Positions 51,297 through 64,000 of a stretch of DNA of 64,000 nt are shown here, one piece after another. The position numbers were made by a program, and so were the translations under genes. The stretch's first letter is position 1. Each line of letters begins with the position of its first letter. The notes under the pieces were generated by a model. The model made no database searches. It had not been told where the DNA came from and was given only the letters and a program-made list of their open reading frames with translations. Origin of the DNA: Callorhinchus milii (Eukaryota); NCBI RefSeq assembly GCF_018977255.1, contig NW_024704743.1, positions 33,544,001-33,608,000 of the forward strand. Direction: 5' to 3'.

Positions 51297-52220
51297 GTCA
51301 ATTTACTTTACAATACATTCTGTGAAGCGCTTTGAGACAAGTCGAAGACCTGAAGAGCACTATATCAAATGCAAGGATTATTAATATTTTATTTATTATA
51401 GGTTCATTTTTTTATGAGGAAGTGTGATGTTTGGAGGGAAACAGCCCAATGTTTCAGAAGTTTTTTTTACATCCTAAATTGTGTTTGACATGTTAGTCAA
51501 ATTACTTAATTTATTGCCCCACGCGGTACTTGATTCTCTCTTGTCCATAACTCTTGCTGTTATATTGCAAGTTATAACCGTTTGTTATAACAGTCCTTTG
51601 ATAAATTGACTGCATTTACATGCACAAGAACACATTTTTCATGTTAATAGTTTCTTAGCCAGCTCCATGCTAATACTGTAGTAATTATATCATAACCTGA
51701 GAGTCCTGGTTTTTGGTATTCACTATCTGGCATCTAAGGGCCTGATATTGCAGGTGGATTATGTATAGAATTTGTTTGTAATTTGCAACTGAGAAGTTTT
51801 TGACCTGGGAGTCTGTCTGGAACATTTAAAAATAATAATATTTATTATTAAATTAAACTTCTAAAAATAATAATAAAAAATAATTGCTGGGAACATTGGT
51901 AATTATGTGAAAGCATGTGATCATTTTGGGGGGGGGAAAAAGAACTGGTTTGTTTTCCATAACTAATATCAGCAGGATCATTAATTGTGGAATGACGAAG
52001 TAGTGTAGAAGCTCTGGTTTGTTAAGTCTTTTTATCAGCCCGTAATTGTCCGGATCACTCCGAGAGAGACTCATGCTGTGTTCCAAAAGCAGTCGAGCCC
52101 TTTGAAGACTTGATGGCTCCAAGATAGTGTTTTCAAACTGCAGTTTACCAGCAGTTGTTCCAAATCTCTCATTAGTTACCAGCTTTTATAATCACTGATA
52201 TGACTACAGTTGGAAATATT

Positions 52221-52304
52221 AAATACAAGTAGTTGTTTTAGCATTCAACAGGATCTCCCCTAACAAGGAGACCTTGTTGAATGCTAAAACAACTACTTGC
52301 ATTT
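52221..52304. repeat. ~84-bp near-perfect hairpin
   Basis: aaatacaagtagttgttttagcattcaaca...tctcc pairs with ggaga...tgttgaatgctaaaacaactacttgcattt. Confidence 0.95.
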
Positions 52305-53724
52305 GTGTAACTAATGTCTTTCGTGTAAAATAACTTGCTAAAGGGCTTGATGGATGTAGTTGTGGATGTTGTGCAGGGAAGTAAGAGATTTAAAGCACAG
52401 TTAAAGAGATGTGCAAAAAGGCACTAGAGATCCATAAACACCAGGCTGTTGGACAAAGCCGAATCTCTTGGCAGAAGTTGAGAGACAGAACACTCGATAG
52501 TGCAGTGTCTTACTTGAGAGTGTGCAGGCTATTGCTGCCCTTGTCCTTGGAGGTAATGTGAGATCATGTAACCACATGGGAGTCTGGCACGGTCCTGTAT
52601 AATTAACAGCACAAGGCCTGCTTTCTGTGCTTAGTACTGTAAGTGGGAAGGCTAACATTACACAGATCAGCAATTAACCCCTAGTGCGCTAAAGCTCTTA
52701 ACTTTTGAGGCGCCCTCAAATTGATTTCTATTTCTTCTCTCTTCTTTTTCCGCCCCCTTCCACCCGTCAAAGCAAATGTCATGATCAGTTCTCTCAGTAA
52801 CGACTGTTGAATAGCTGACGATTATTCCATTACCTCGCGCACTGCTTTATATAGTGCTTTATTCTCAGACAAGTTTCCCAGACCTAAAACGGCCTTGATT
52901 AAATATAAGAAAGCTGTCGTGGGTCTCTGGCGGAAGGAAGAGGCAAGGAGATGTACTTTGTTTTGCATGATAACCAGCCTGAGACTTTAATTTCCCAGAA
53001 ATTGTCGTCTCCAGTGAAGTCATTGTGTGATGATTTAAATGAAGTCAAATTGTGGAATAACATGGTGTGTGTCTGCTGTATCTTTCCATCCTATCTAGAC
53101 ATGAGCACAAAAGCCGAATTAAGTTGAAATGAAGGACTGGGCAACTTTTTTTAAAAAAAGCCTACCTTTGCCCAATGGGGTTTGTTGAATAATTGTGTTT
53201 GTTTAAACATGTGCTTCCACCAAATGCAAATATATCCTATCAAACTGTCACAAATATACAGTCGATTCACTTTACAGTGTGTTCTGTGAAGCGTTTTGTG
53301 ACGTCCTCCTGACGTGAAAAGCGCTATATCAAATGCAAGGATTATTATTATTATTATTATTATCTTAACTGTCTATCCAGATGCATTCTCTTCTTTCACC
53401 TTTCTCCTCACCCTTCCGCCTGTTGACTCATGTTGGGGTATGCATTGAGTATGAGGTGCTGGATTGCCAAAGTGGCATCTCTTTATGTTTGAGTCTGGGC
53501 ACTGAACTGTGCCTCAGGAGCCAGTTAATAGCAGCTTGTTTTCCGCCGGTGTTGAGAACTAGCTAAGAGCAATCAAACCTGTATCAAGAGCCATGATAAG
53601 AAACCAGCTGGTGTTCTCTGGAGTGCTGATGCTTTCCTCTCCCTGGCTATTCTTGGCTTGAATGTGCACCTATGAAATCCTGGAATAGGAGACATCACGC
53701 AAAATTATGAATGCATAAATGTAA

Positions 53725-54222
53725 TTCTCCGTCTCCTGGTCTGCGCAGAGATAAAGTTACATCAGTCAGGAGCTACATTTGTCCTTGGCTCTACCTGAGT
53801 GGTTGAGAAGGGAAAGGAATTGGCTCCTGATCGTTATCCACTCACTTTGCAGGAAAATAATAATCCTTGCATTTGATTTAGCGCCTTATCACGTCATTGA
53901 GACGCCTCAAAGATTTTCACAGAATATATTGTAGAGTGGATTGACTGTATTTTGTGGGCGAAACGCAGCAGCCAATTGTGCAGAGCTGTGTCCCAAAAAC
54001 AGTTGTGGTATCTTGAGTTTCGTACATGTGGATTTTTTGTGTGTATGGGGGAGGGGTGAGATGTGAGTTGGCTGTCAATTGAACAGTCTGCTGATGCTCA
54101 CTGTCTAGGCTCACCTGTGGAAAAATGGCCACTTGTTCCATTGAAGGACCTGAGATTGTCTGGTCCCAGTGGAATTGAGTTTCAGCAAGATCCAGTGCTT
54201 TCAGAAGAGGAGCAGCAGAAAC
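53725..54222 (+). mobile_element. AmnSINE2-like ancient SINE with a younger SINE tail nested in it (about 53857-54005, -)
   Basis: gctcctgatcgttatccac...[ataataatccttgcattt...gcagccaattgtgca]...ctcactgtctaggctcacctgtggaaaaatggccactt. Confidence 0.6.
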
Positions 54223-54919
54223 TCATAAAAATAGTATTTTATTGCATCCTTCCCACAGGCTCAATCACCTCCATTTTAAAGTACCGTGAAGTGCATCATT
54301 TAGAGTTTTGATGTGATCTGGCAGATTGGCTTGTGCAGTGTTGCTGCTTTTGAAATAATGATCCTATCGGGTAATGTGTTCTTGCGCTTTTTAAAGTCTG
54401 GGGCTGGAAAGCTTTGTTAGGATGAAATTTCACATTATAGTTTACAAATCCTCCAAAAGCTGCAACGCGTTAAAATCGTTTTCAGTTTCATGAGTGTTTG
54501 TGCGTGGAAGGTGTAACCCTGTATGAATGAGGGGGACAGTTCAGACCAAATCCTTGATGTGACTAATTTTTGCTGCTTTCAGTGCTGCCTCCCAAGAGTG
54601 ACGTTCGATTAGACTATTTTCATTAATGATGACGCTTTTGATGAGTGAGCTGGAAAATACCACAAATCATGCAATTGGTCTCCCTGGACCGGGGATCTAT
54701 GACATACACAGCTAATTTCTTGTAAATCTGGGGTTTCAAATCAAAATGAAGTGTGTTTCTCTCTTCCACACAATCTTGGCTTCCTCCCACCCCCATGCAC
54801 TCACTCAGTTTTTTTTCTCAGGCACTTTGTCATTCTCTTCTCACGCTCCCAAACCCCTCCCCGTGCGTTTTTTTCCCTCCCCAATACACTTTTCTCTCTC
54901 TTTCCCGCCACCCTCAGTG

Positions 54920-55183
54920 TACTTAAAATTAGAGATAGGCCATTTAGGAGTGAAATCAGGAGGCAGTTTTTCATCCAAAGGTTGTGGAAATCTGGAACGC
55001 TCGCCACTAAAAGGCTACGGATGCTGGATCCATTCACATTTTCAAGACTTGAAATGGATAAATATTTGTTAGATAAGAGATGGGGCAAGGGTGGGTAATT
55101 GGAATTGAGGTACAGATCAACCATGATCTTAATAGAATGGCGGAACAGGTGTGATGGGTTGAATGGCTTACCTATGTTCCTAT
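54920..55183 (+). mobile_element. CR1 LINE 3' end
   Basis: Translates IRDRPFRSEIRRQFFIQRL then WN.../FKxExD-like sequence, with tail gatcaaccatgatcttaatagaatggcggaacagg...gaatggcttacctatgttcctat. Confidence 0.85.
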
Positions 55184-55774
55184 TTTCCCTAATCCATGGA
55201 TATTTTCTCTATACCACATCTCTCTCTATCACATGAGCTTGTTTAGCTTTTACTTAAATTGGAACTATAAATAACCTTCAAGTTCTGGCATTTGCAATGA
55301 TTTTAAAACTGTTCCTAAATCTGAAGCGTACAGTCCTATGTTTGTTGCACAGTTTGAAGCAGTTTGTGTCACTTAATGTTGAGTCTGCTGCAAAATTCTG
55401 TCTTGAGAGTCACTTATTTGAAAATTAAGGGATTTGTGAGTTTGCCTCCCAATGGACGGATTTTTAAAATTCCTCACATGTTTCATATCCTGAATACTGT
55501 GGCCCATAAGGAGCACAAGATTGTAACGTGATCCCAAGCATTCTGGCATGAGATGGATAGACACTTACTAAAGTCACAATTCTCACTTGTTCCCATGGTC
55601 TGTTGGTCAGAACAGTCTAGGGACTGAGATTTTTTTTTCTCCTTGTGATGGGAAATGGATTTAAGCCCAGATAATAACAATAATAATAATCCTTGCATTT
55701 GATACAGTGCCTTATCATGTCTTTGAGATGTCTCAAAGCACTTCACAGAATACATTGTAAAGTGAATTGACTAT

Positions 55775-56476
55775 CCTCAACTATCCTTTCTACCCCACAT
55801 TCGTGCCATGACCCGCTCTGCCTTCCCCCACCTCCACAACGTCGCCCGGCTCCGACACTGTCACACTGCAGACCGCCGAAACCCTCATACACGCCTTCAT
55901 TACATCGAGGCTCGACTATGTAAACTCACTGCTTGTCGGCCTCCACAAGCTGCAGATCTTCCAGAACTTTGCAGCCCATGCTCTCTCCCGCACTAGGCTC
56001 TGTGACCCTATCACCCCCATCCTTGCCCAACTCCACTGGCTTCCCATCACCCAGAGGATACAGTTCAAGATCCTGGTCCTCACCCTCAAAGCTCTCCACG
56101 GTCTTGCTTCCCGCTATCTTTCCGACCTCCTTACCCCTACCATCCTGTTCGCTCCCTCCGCTCAGCAGGCCCCGGCCTGCTTCACATCCCCCGCCTTGCC
56201 CCACTATCAGCGGGCGGGCCTTCCGCCACTCTGCATCCACCCTCTGGAATTCCATCCACAGTCCCTCCGTCTCGCCCCTTTCCTCGCCACCTTCAAGACC
56301 CACCTCTTCGACCGTGCTTTTGATCTCCCTGCTTTCTTCTCCCCCCCCCCCCCCCCCACACCACCCCACCTTCCCCCACCCCGACCCTCAGCTTGGGTCC
56401 GAAACTCTGTCTGTCCAGCGCGTTGGGAGGTCCTCCCGACGTGAAAGGCGCTATACAAATGTAATTTTGCTGTTGT
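55775..56476 (+). mobile_element. L2 LINE 3' ~0.7 kb, frameshifted
   Basis: MTRSAFPHLHNVARLR, ISGRAFRHSASTLWNSI. Closely similar to 12691-13400. Confidence 0.92.
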
Positions 56477-57794
56477 ATTTTGTGGATGAAACTTGGCGGC
56501 CAGTTGCTGAGAGTTGTTGTTTGACAGTAATTATAATAAATCTTGCATTTGATATCGCCTTTCACGTTGGGTGAATGTTCACATCCTTCACAGGATGTAC
56601 TGTAGACTGTAGTAACTGTTTTTTGTAGACAAATTAGATGAACTATAAGATAGTTTGAGAGTGCTATTGTAGTTAGAATTCAGGGCTTGTCCAGTTTGCC
56701 TTCCAGCTGCAAATATAGGCTATGGTACTTGTATTGTGTTAAGCTTCCCTGCTCTCTTACTCCTATTTCCCCCACCCATGCCCCTTCAAATAGACTGGAT
56801 TACCACTGATTTGGACATTTACCAGTCATGCAGCCTAACCTCCACACTGTTGCTATTTCTTTAGAGGTGTTTGTTGTCCCTTTTATTCTCAACTTAAATT
56901 TGTACGTGACAGATGCAGACTTCACAGCGGCTTTGTTTCCTGAGCTTGAGGAGTCCCCATTATTTTAAAGAACTGGCAGGTTTTGTTCAACTGCAGAGTT
57001 GAGCTATAGCTTTTGTCTGTTTTCATATCAATTTAAATATGTATGCAAGCATTTACATTTTTGTGGGGGGGAATGGGAGAAGAGTAGTGTGTGTATGGGG
57101 GTGGTGTTTGTTGGAGGGGGAGGATCTTGTGTGTTGGTTGCTGTACACGTGTGCTTTCATACTGTTCAGAACATATGGTGTTACAGGCTAAATCTTGTGC
57201 AAGGAGGATTAGTTCAACCTGTGGGTAATTAAAAAGTCTTAGTATTGTAGCAACATGTTCTCATAAAGCAGTGGATTTAAAGTGTCAGCTGAAAATGCAT
57301 TCCAGTATGTCCACAGTTCAGGTCTAGCCAAAGCTCCAGGCTGAGAAGGTTGTTTGCTCTATGTGTGTAATATGCCTTGTGCTATCACCAATGTCAGCCT
57401 TTATTACAGTCTCATATTTATTAGATGTGTATTTAAGAGTCAAGTCAAATTGAATTGGCGTCGTGGGCAATCACAGTTGCAAGTACTGCAAACGGTCATC
57501 TGTCCAAGATTTTGTGAAGTTTTGTTATTTTCCAAGGACCTCGCTATCTGCAGCGCTGGGTCGACACAGGCAAATTTGTGCAGACTGCCGTGATGCGTTT
57601 CCTTCAACTCAGCCCTACCTCCCCAGTCAGAAAGTTGTCTAGTGGCAGTGGCTTGCTATCCTGTCTGTCACATCATGTGATCTGGGAATGGGCTGTAATA
57701 ATAATAATAAATCTTTGCATTTTCATGTAATTCCTCATCAAAGCCTCTCAGCTTCACAGGATGTTACTGTTTTATGTATGATGTTACACACTCC

Positions 57795-57995
57795 CTCTTG
57801 GTGACATCATCCACAGACATGGGATCAACTTTCACATGTATGTGAATGACACCCAAATCTAGTTTTCCTTCTGTGGACGCCACCCCAGGCTTACAATGAT
57901 CTGACTGCCTGCTTGTCTGATATCAAGGCCTGGATAAGCGCCAACTTTCTGCAGCTGAACACGAACAAGACAGAAACCATTGCTTCTTGGCTCCC
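57795..57995 (+). mobile_element. L2 RT fragment (decayed)
   Basis: RHGINFHMYVNDTQI...LSDIKAWISANFLQLNTNKTE. Confidence 0.85.
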
Positions 57996-58899
57996 GTCAA
58001 CGTTTTCTCACCTGCTATTCCGAACTCCTTCCAGCCACTGTGTTCCTGATCTCTGAAACTCCCTGCCTCAATTCCTCTGTCTTGCCCCTTCTTTGCCAGT
58101 CTTTAAATATCCAACCTGAGACTTTCCTCTTGAACTATACTTTCGGTCACCTCCCTTATTTTCCCAATTTGATGTCAAACAATACTGTTAAGTGCTCCAG
58201 CACACTATGCTGTGTGAAGAGTGCGATATAAATGCGAGCTATTGTACCACAGAGGCCTACGACTGTATTTGTAGATGAATGTGACAACCAATTTACTCAA
58301 AGCAATGTCCCACAAATAGCCATGAAGGGATTAAAAAAAAGCAGATACTGGGTGACTTGGAGTTATTTTTCTCCCCCCCCCCCCCCCCCATTGATTTTTT
58401 TTGGGGGTAAGTATTTGTTAGGCTCGGTTCTTTCTTGTCCTTCCACTGCCTCTCACAAAGAAATGGATCAACAGTTTGCCTCATGTAATGTGTGGTTTCC
58501 GTGATCTACTCCCTCCAGGTTGCAGACTGTCCACTCTTTCTGCAACAGCTAGTGGGAAGGTAGCGGGAGGCTGAGAATGAGAGGGAAGAGGGAGGTGCCT
58601 GTTTGTGTTTTTTAATTATGGCTAATCTTCTTGGCTAGCTCCAGTTTCATTTGGATATTGTGAATTTTAATGATATCTGAGAGCAATTAGCCGCTCATCT
58701 AAGAATGCCACAGGAAGCATTTTCAAACCTTTCTTCTGATATCAGAGAATCTAATATTTGCTGTTGTTTAGCTTTCCTGGAGAATCTTGGGTTTTATTTG
58801 GACAGGTATTTTTACACTACTGTGTAAATTTATACGGTCAGCTGGGGGTAGAGAAGAACTAGCATGAAGAGCTGTTCTACACTTAAATGATGTTTTCCT

Positions 58900-59250
58900 G
58901 ATTTTAACACACTTTGAGTTTATGGACATGGCTGACACTCCAATGCAATGCCAAATGCGCATTGTACTTTGGATGAGTTTTTAAACCGTGGTCCTGTCAC
59001 CCAGTTGAGGTGAACGTTAAAGATTCCATGGATTCATCGAAGAGAGAGGGGAGGCTTCTCCTGTTGTCTTTGCCAACAATCCCCCCAGACAAAAATTGTA
59101 TCTCACTTAAATGACCGTTTGTTTGTGGGACATTGCTGTGCACAAATTGGCTGCCGAGTTTGTCTACAAAAGCATAGTCACTACATTCTACACAAACACT
59201 GAAATGCTTTGAGACATTATTGAAGCTATAATGTAAGGGTTTTTTTATTT
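58900..59250 (+). mobile_element. DeuSINE, 5' truncated
   Basis: ggctgacactccaatgca...ttaaaccgtggtcctgtc...gttaaagattccatgg...gctgtgcacaaattggctgccg. Confidence 0.8.
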
Positions 59251-60071
59251 TAAGAAGATTCTCTGCTTGTGCTGGAGATCCGGCTGTTCCAGGAAGTGCA
59301 GATGGATGCACTGAGGATTTTATCCGTGTTCACTTTCTTGATCACTTACCTTTTCCCTTGTGGAACACTGCATTAATAAACCAAAATGATCTCCGTATGC
59401 CTTTACCTCCCTCAAACAAGGATATTTGGGTTTGAAACCAGAGCCATCCTGAGCAGATTAAAAATGTAATGTGATCCAGCATTGCAGAATGAGCTCATTT
59501 TGTAATTGCTTTATTTGTAGGTACTTATCAAAGTTGCATTGTTAACAATATAGATCTGAATCTGCAATTCCACTTTCACGTGGGAGCATGTTTAGTCTCC
59601 GGCATGTCCTCTATTTTCCAAAAGAGGGTGGCATTTTAGATCTTATTGTTGCTCTGCACATTTTAAGCAGCGATATCCTTACAGACACTAAATCCTTACT
59701 TAAGTATTTAAATTCACTCCTCTCTCCAAGGCTTCTGTACCAGAGCCGGCCAGATTTTCCTCCCCATCTGCGGCAGACGTTTTTATGATCGAGCAGCCAG
59801 CTATGTCAAACAGATTTAGTCCTCCCAGTCATAAGATAGGATTAGCAAAAACCTCCATCTTACTCTTTATTCAGACTCTTCCTATTACTGAGATTACGTA
59901 GCAGAACTTGCTACTTTTTGCATTTAGATAGTGGATTGCTTTTGCGCCTTTCCTCTTTCTTCTCTCCCCCCACCCCATAAATCCCCATCTGCAGCTGATT
60001 TTGACGTAAACTGAGGCAGAGAAAGGTTCTGTGGGAGCACAATGCTGTTCATTTCCCACCAGGCCTGGCCT

Positions 60072-60750
60072 CTCAATTCAGGATTTGGCATAAGGCAGAT
60101 GTCATTCATGATTGAGAAAAAGCAGAGTTGAGGTCCCAGGCAATCTGAGTTTGTGTCATTAGCTCTCCTTAATAGGGCTTTTTAAAAAATATGAGGCTAA
60201 TTGGCTGCTGCTTGAGTACAGGGTTTGGTCAGAAGTAAAATGGAATGAATTCAAGGAATTTGTTGATGTGGAGAGGAGAATGGGCTACATCGTAAAACAT
60301 TCAGCTGTTCTTTATAAACATTTTATCAACAGAAAGGCCATACATTTGGTACGTGTGCCTAAAATTGAGCTGGCACATGTCTTAACACTTATTTGGATCC
60401 TGGAAATGCGAGCCCAGGAGGAGGCTATTCAAGTCTATCTTGGTGCTAGCTCCCCTCCTGTTGCAATCTTCTTTAATTCCAATTGCCTGCTCTATCCTTT
60501 CCTTGAGTCTAATATAAAATTAGTGAAACTCCTTCCACATGAAGGTGATAGGATGCCCTGCCCCATAAACTGCATTTCAAAAGTAGCTTTACAGAGGTAG
60601 CTAGTCCTCTGGCATCCAATCTCTTTGTTCATACATTAAAAAAACTCCACCATTAAGAGCTAATGGCACAAACTCAGATTGCCTGGGACCTGGTCTCTGC
60701 TTTTTCTCAATCATGAATGAAATCTGCCTTATGCCAAATACTGAATTGAG
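60072..60750. mobile_element. MITE-like element with ~100-bp terminal inverted repeats
   Basis: 60072-~60172 (ctcaattcaggatttggcataaggcagat...cattagctct) is the reverse complement of ~60652-60750. No clear TSD and no transposase ORF. Confidence 0.65.
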
Positions 60751-63700
60751 GTGTGTGTGTGTGTGTGTGTCTGTCTGTCTAAGAGGTGCTCGCTGGGAAG
60801 AATGGGAAGCTAGATTTTGAAGTTGGGAATGGGATTTTCCTCATTTTGTAATGATCAAGTTTCACTGAGTGTGTACAATGAAAAGTGAGTTGATCCATCT
60901 CTTATTTTCCTTTCAATGGAGTAAGCCTGTATGCATAGCTTGTGCAGTGATCAGCAGTTCGCCCACAACATATACACTTTACAGTTTATCCTGTGAAGAG
61001 CTTTGAGATGTCCTCCTGATGTGAAAGGCATGGTATCAAAGATAAGGATTATTATTAATAAGTTGAAATAAGGGCATTGAGTTGAATGGATCGTGCATTT
61101 TTGTGCGTACATGTGACTAGCTCACAAGCTACAGGAAAGCCTTATCTTTCTATCACCTGGATTAGATGGTGGATAGTGCATGTAAGAAGATAATAATAAT
61201 CCTCGCATTTGATATATCACCTTATCACGTCATTGAAACATCTCAAAGTGCTTCTTAGAACGTACTGTATTTTGTGGGTGAAACGTGGCAGCTAATTGTG
61301 TGCACAAAGCTGGAGAGTTGCCAGTGTCACAAGTTCTGTCACTTGCATATGCTTCACTAGTTGCACTGAATTTACAACGATTAGTGTGCAGCCTCTATCC
61401 TTGATGCTGAGTCAAAACTTTGCAGTGTGAAAATTTTGTTGGCATCACACTTCTGGCAAAACGTGTTTGTAAAGCATTTTTATGATTTTTTTTCATTTGT
61501 CTGTATTTTATGTTTCTTTCAAATATAACTCACCACACTGTTGGCCACATCGAGCCAGGGAAGAGTCTTTCAAAATCCTCACCGCACTTACTACTTACTG
61601 CCTGTTGCTCAGCGCCATGGGACTTTGCTAAATAAATGTATAGTTGCTGTTGCTGAACGGTTGCCTTTTGTTATATAAAAAAAAACTGGACTCGTCATTT
61701 TAGGCTATTTTTCTCACAAGAGGTGATTACATTCCCCCTCCCTCCACATATGGGAGTCTGGGACTTCCAAATTTCTTAACTTAGATGTGCAACAGAAACA
61801 ACCTGTGTGTGGTTGTTTGTGTTCTGAGAAAATTAGGTGGGAGTCCTGGTCACTATTGACTGAACTGCAACAACAAAGGAGGCAGGTAAACCAATTCCTC
61901 AGTTATTGGCTTCAACTGACCTTGGGCACTGACCTTGTTTGTTGGTTTTCACTGCATTGATCAAATCTTTGAAAAACAACATTCCGAAGTGTCTCGTCCT
62001 CACTTAAACTGATACCTGGAGCAAGATCGGTGGCCCCGCTGTTTGTTCCATGTACTTTGTACAGTGTTTCCTGGGTGGAAATCTGAGCTGCCCTGTTTAA
62101 TTTTGCAGTCCCAGTTGGAAAAACTGCTTTTTTGCCTGTGTGTCTGAAACCTAGTGAGATGGGGCAAAACGGCTGTATCAGAATGTACACACACGTGCAT
62201 CGTGCTGCGTCTGTGCGAGTCCCAAGCAATGCCTGGATTTATGAGTATTGAGTGGATATTCCGGTGCTGCCCTACAAGAGGACCTATTGTTGAAATTCAC
62301 TGAAGGGCTGGATTAATTTCGGCTGTGCCTGCCTGCATTTAACATGGCAGTTTAAACCCAGGAGACTGAAGTTTCCAGTGTAACGTGAGGCTGTACTGAT
62401 TTCTGAAAGAATGTAATACATTATTTTCAGCTGTACATTTCAGTGTTTGGAAAAGCTCCTGGCCCTGGGAGTGGAGAGGGAAATCATTGGGCAAGGCTCA
62501 ATATTGGCAGGCTAGCATAAGTGTTTCAGTTCACTCCTGAAGCGATATTGGAATTCCCACCAAAAAATAGCTCTAAATAATTCCTTGGGCACTGCTACAG
62601 TGTAGTGTTTTGTTTGCGAGTAAGAAATTAATCCGATTCACTTGTTAAGCACCTGGAAGTGTGTTTGGTTTGTGTGAATTTCTTGCAGACTACTTTAAAT
62701 ACCAAACCTATTGTTGGGGCGGGTTTCTGTTTTGTGTAAACATTAAAAATTATATTTTAACATTGGCATTTTATATAACAGATCCAGAATTCAGGAAAGC
62801 ACCATCTGCTGTAATGGTGGCTGATACAGAACACTTCAGATTGAGGCCATGCTTTCATTGCACTGTATCAGTCCAGACAAACAGCAGATGGGTAATCGTC
62901 TTCCTGTGCCTTTTGCAGACTCGACAGTCTACACTAACGTGCAGCCCTGTTACATTCTTCTGCTTTTGTTGCTGACACTTTAATGCTTTACTGATGCAGA
63001 TTCAAGTTCAGTCCTTGTGAAGCAGAATGGTAGTAACCTTTTTGATGTCATAATCTTTTGCACTTGTTCTTTGTTTGTTCCTTTTCCCTGCATTTCTAGT
63101 TTCTTCATTCGGAGCATGGGATGTATGGCCATGTGGAGTTTTCCACTGACCTGGTCAATGCTGTATTTTGGCAGATGTGCTTGGGCAACACAGGATATCG
63201 CCATCTCATTTGGCCTTCCTCATTTTCTCTCCTCGTACCCCCAAAAAACCTGACAGGACTATTATGAATGCCTGTGAGTAGAGGTTGGGATTTTTGTGTG
63301 GTAACTATGTGCTATTTTAGATCCCTAGCAACGCTAAGAGTAGCCTAATAACAGTGCATGGCTATTGATGTTAAATGCTCTCAAGGCTCATTTTCATTGA
63401 AACATTCATTTTTGCCTTATGTAAAATTTACCCTGTGTATATATTAACCATGTGAAGAGGCTTGTGCAGTATAGTTCACATCATGTCTTCAGTTAAACTA
63501 TTAATCCCTCTCATGTGAGCAGTTGGGAGGCAAGCGTTCTTCCCGTCGAGGTCATAGACATCCTTTATTGTCCACTGTGTATTTGGACCATTCCCACTTG
63601 ATTCTTGGTTTGAGGCCAGAACAGAACCTGAATATCAATACGTCCTCTAGATTTTTAAGTGTAAATGTAGCTTTAGATCCAACCTGGTAAAGGTGAAAGT

Positions 63701-64000
63701 GCACTATTCACCAGTGATTCATTCTGTTGTTGTTGGAATCCGAATTGTTTATGTACACAGCTCATGTTTTTTTTTGTGTGTGTGTATATATTATACTCAT
63801 GTCAGTGTCAGTGCCAAAAGTTCATCGCTTCAGAGTTGTACTATTTTATTCCTGGAAAATCTTACATAATTGGTTACAGTGAATGTGAAAGAGTGACCTT
63901 TAGAATTCATTCAGTCAGTCAATGAGGTTGATGTAGAGGTGAAAACCACCTTTGACACAATTTATTTGGATTAGTTAGAAAAGTTTGTGGAAGATTGATT

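Noticed and set aside
60225..60262. WSE...KEF resembling JARID2 exon 2
   Set aside because: The spacing and residues do not match WSEERVVRKVLYLSLKEF, there is no acceptor, and it lies inside the inverted-repeat element. I found no exon 2 on either strand by eye.

Overview
Vertebrate genomic DNA, most likely a cartilaginous fish. This is inferred from the repeat content: DeuSINE/SacSINE1-like and other tRNA-derived SINEs, L2 and CR1 fragments, and shark-type Penelope-like ends. The only host coding sequence I can support is the first coding exon of a JARID2 (Jumonji) gene at 27730-27774 on the minus strand: MTRERPKRNIIHKRL followed by a GTAAGT donor. It comes with its 5' leader, a 15-codon uORF whose stop overlaps the start codon, and a GC-rich promoter. 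This exon lies in a 4.9-kb spacer between two near-identical 7.2-kb inverted arms (17369-24560 and 29498-36708), and the left arm starts exactly at a 25-N gap. A decayed non-LTR retrotransposon of a clade other than CR1/L2 runs into the gap on + and appears to resume on - at 29497. The best reading is therefore that block 17369-29497 is flipped and overlaps the next block, probably an assembly or haplotype artefact. On that reading 1-17343 is upstream DNA and 29498-64000 is JARID2 intron 1 on +. Other notable items are an internal CpG-island promoter, G4-prone minisatellites, a TSD-bounded Penelope-like element with two decayed hammerhead motifs, three ~80-bp fold-back hairpins and a MITE-like element. 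Nearly all ORFs in the supplied track are spurious (low-complexity or repeat-derived). Repeat boundaries are approximate, family names come from recognition by eye, and the many short SINE tails are not all listed.
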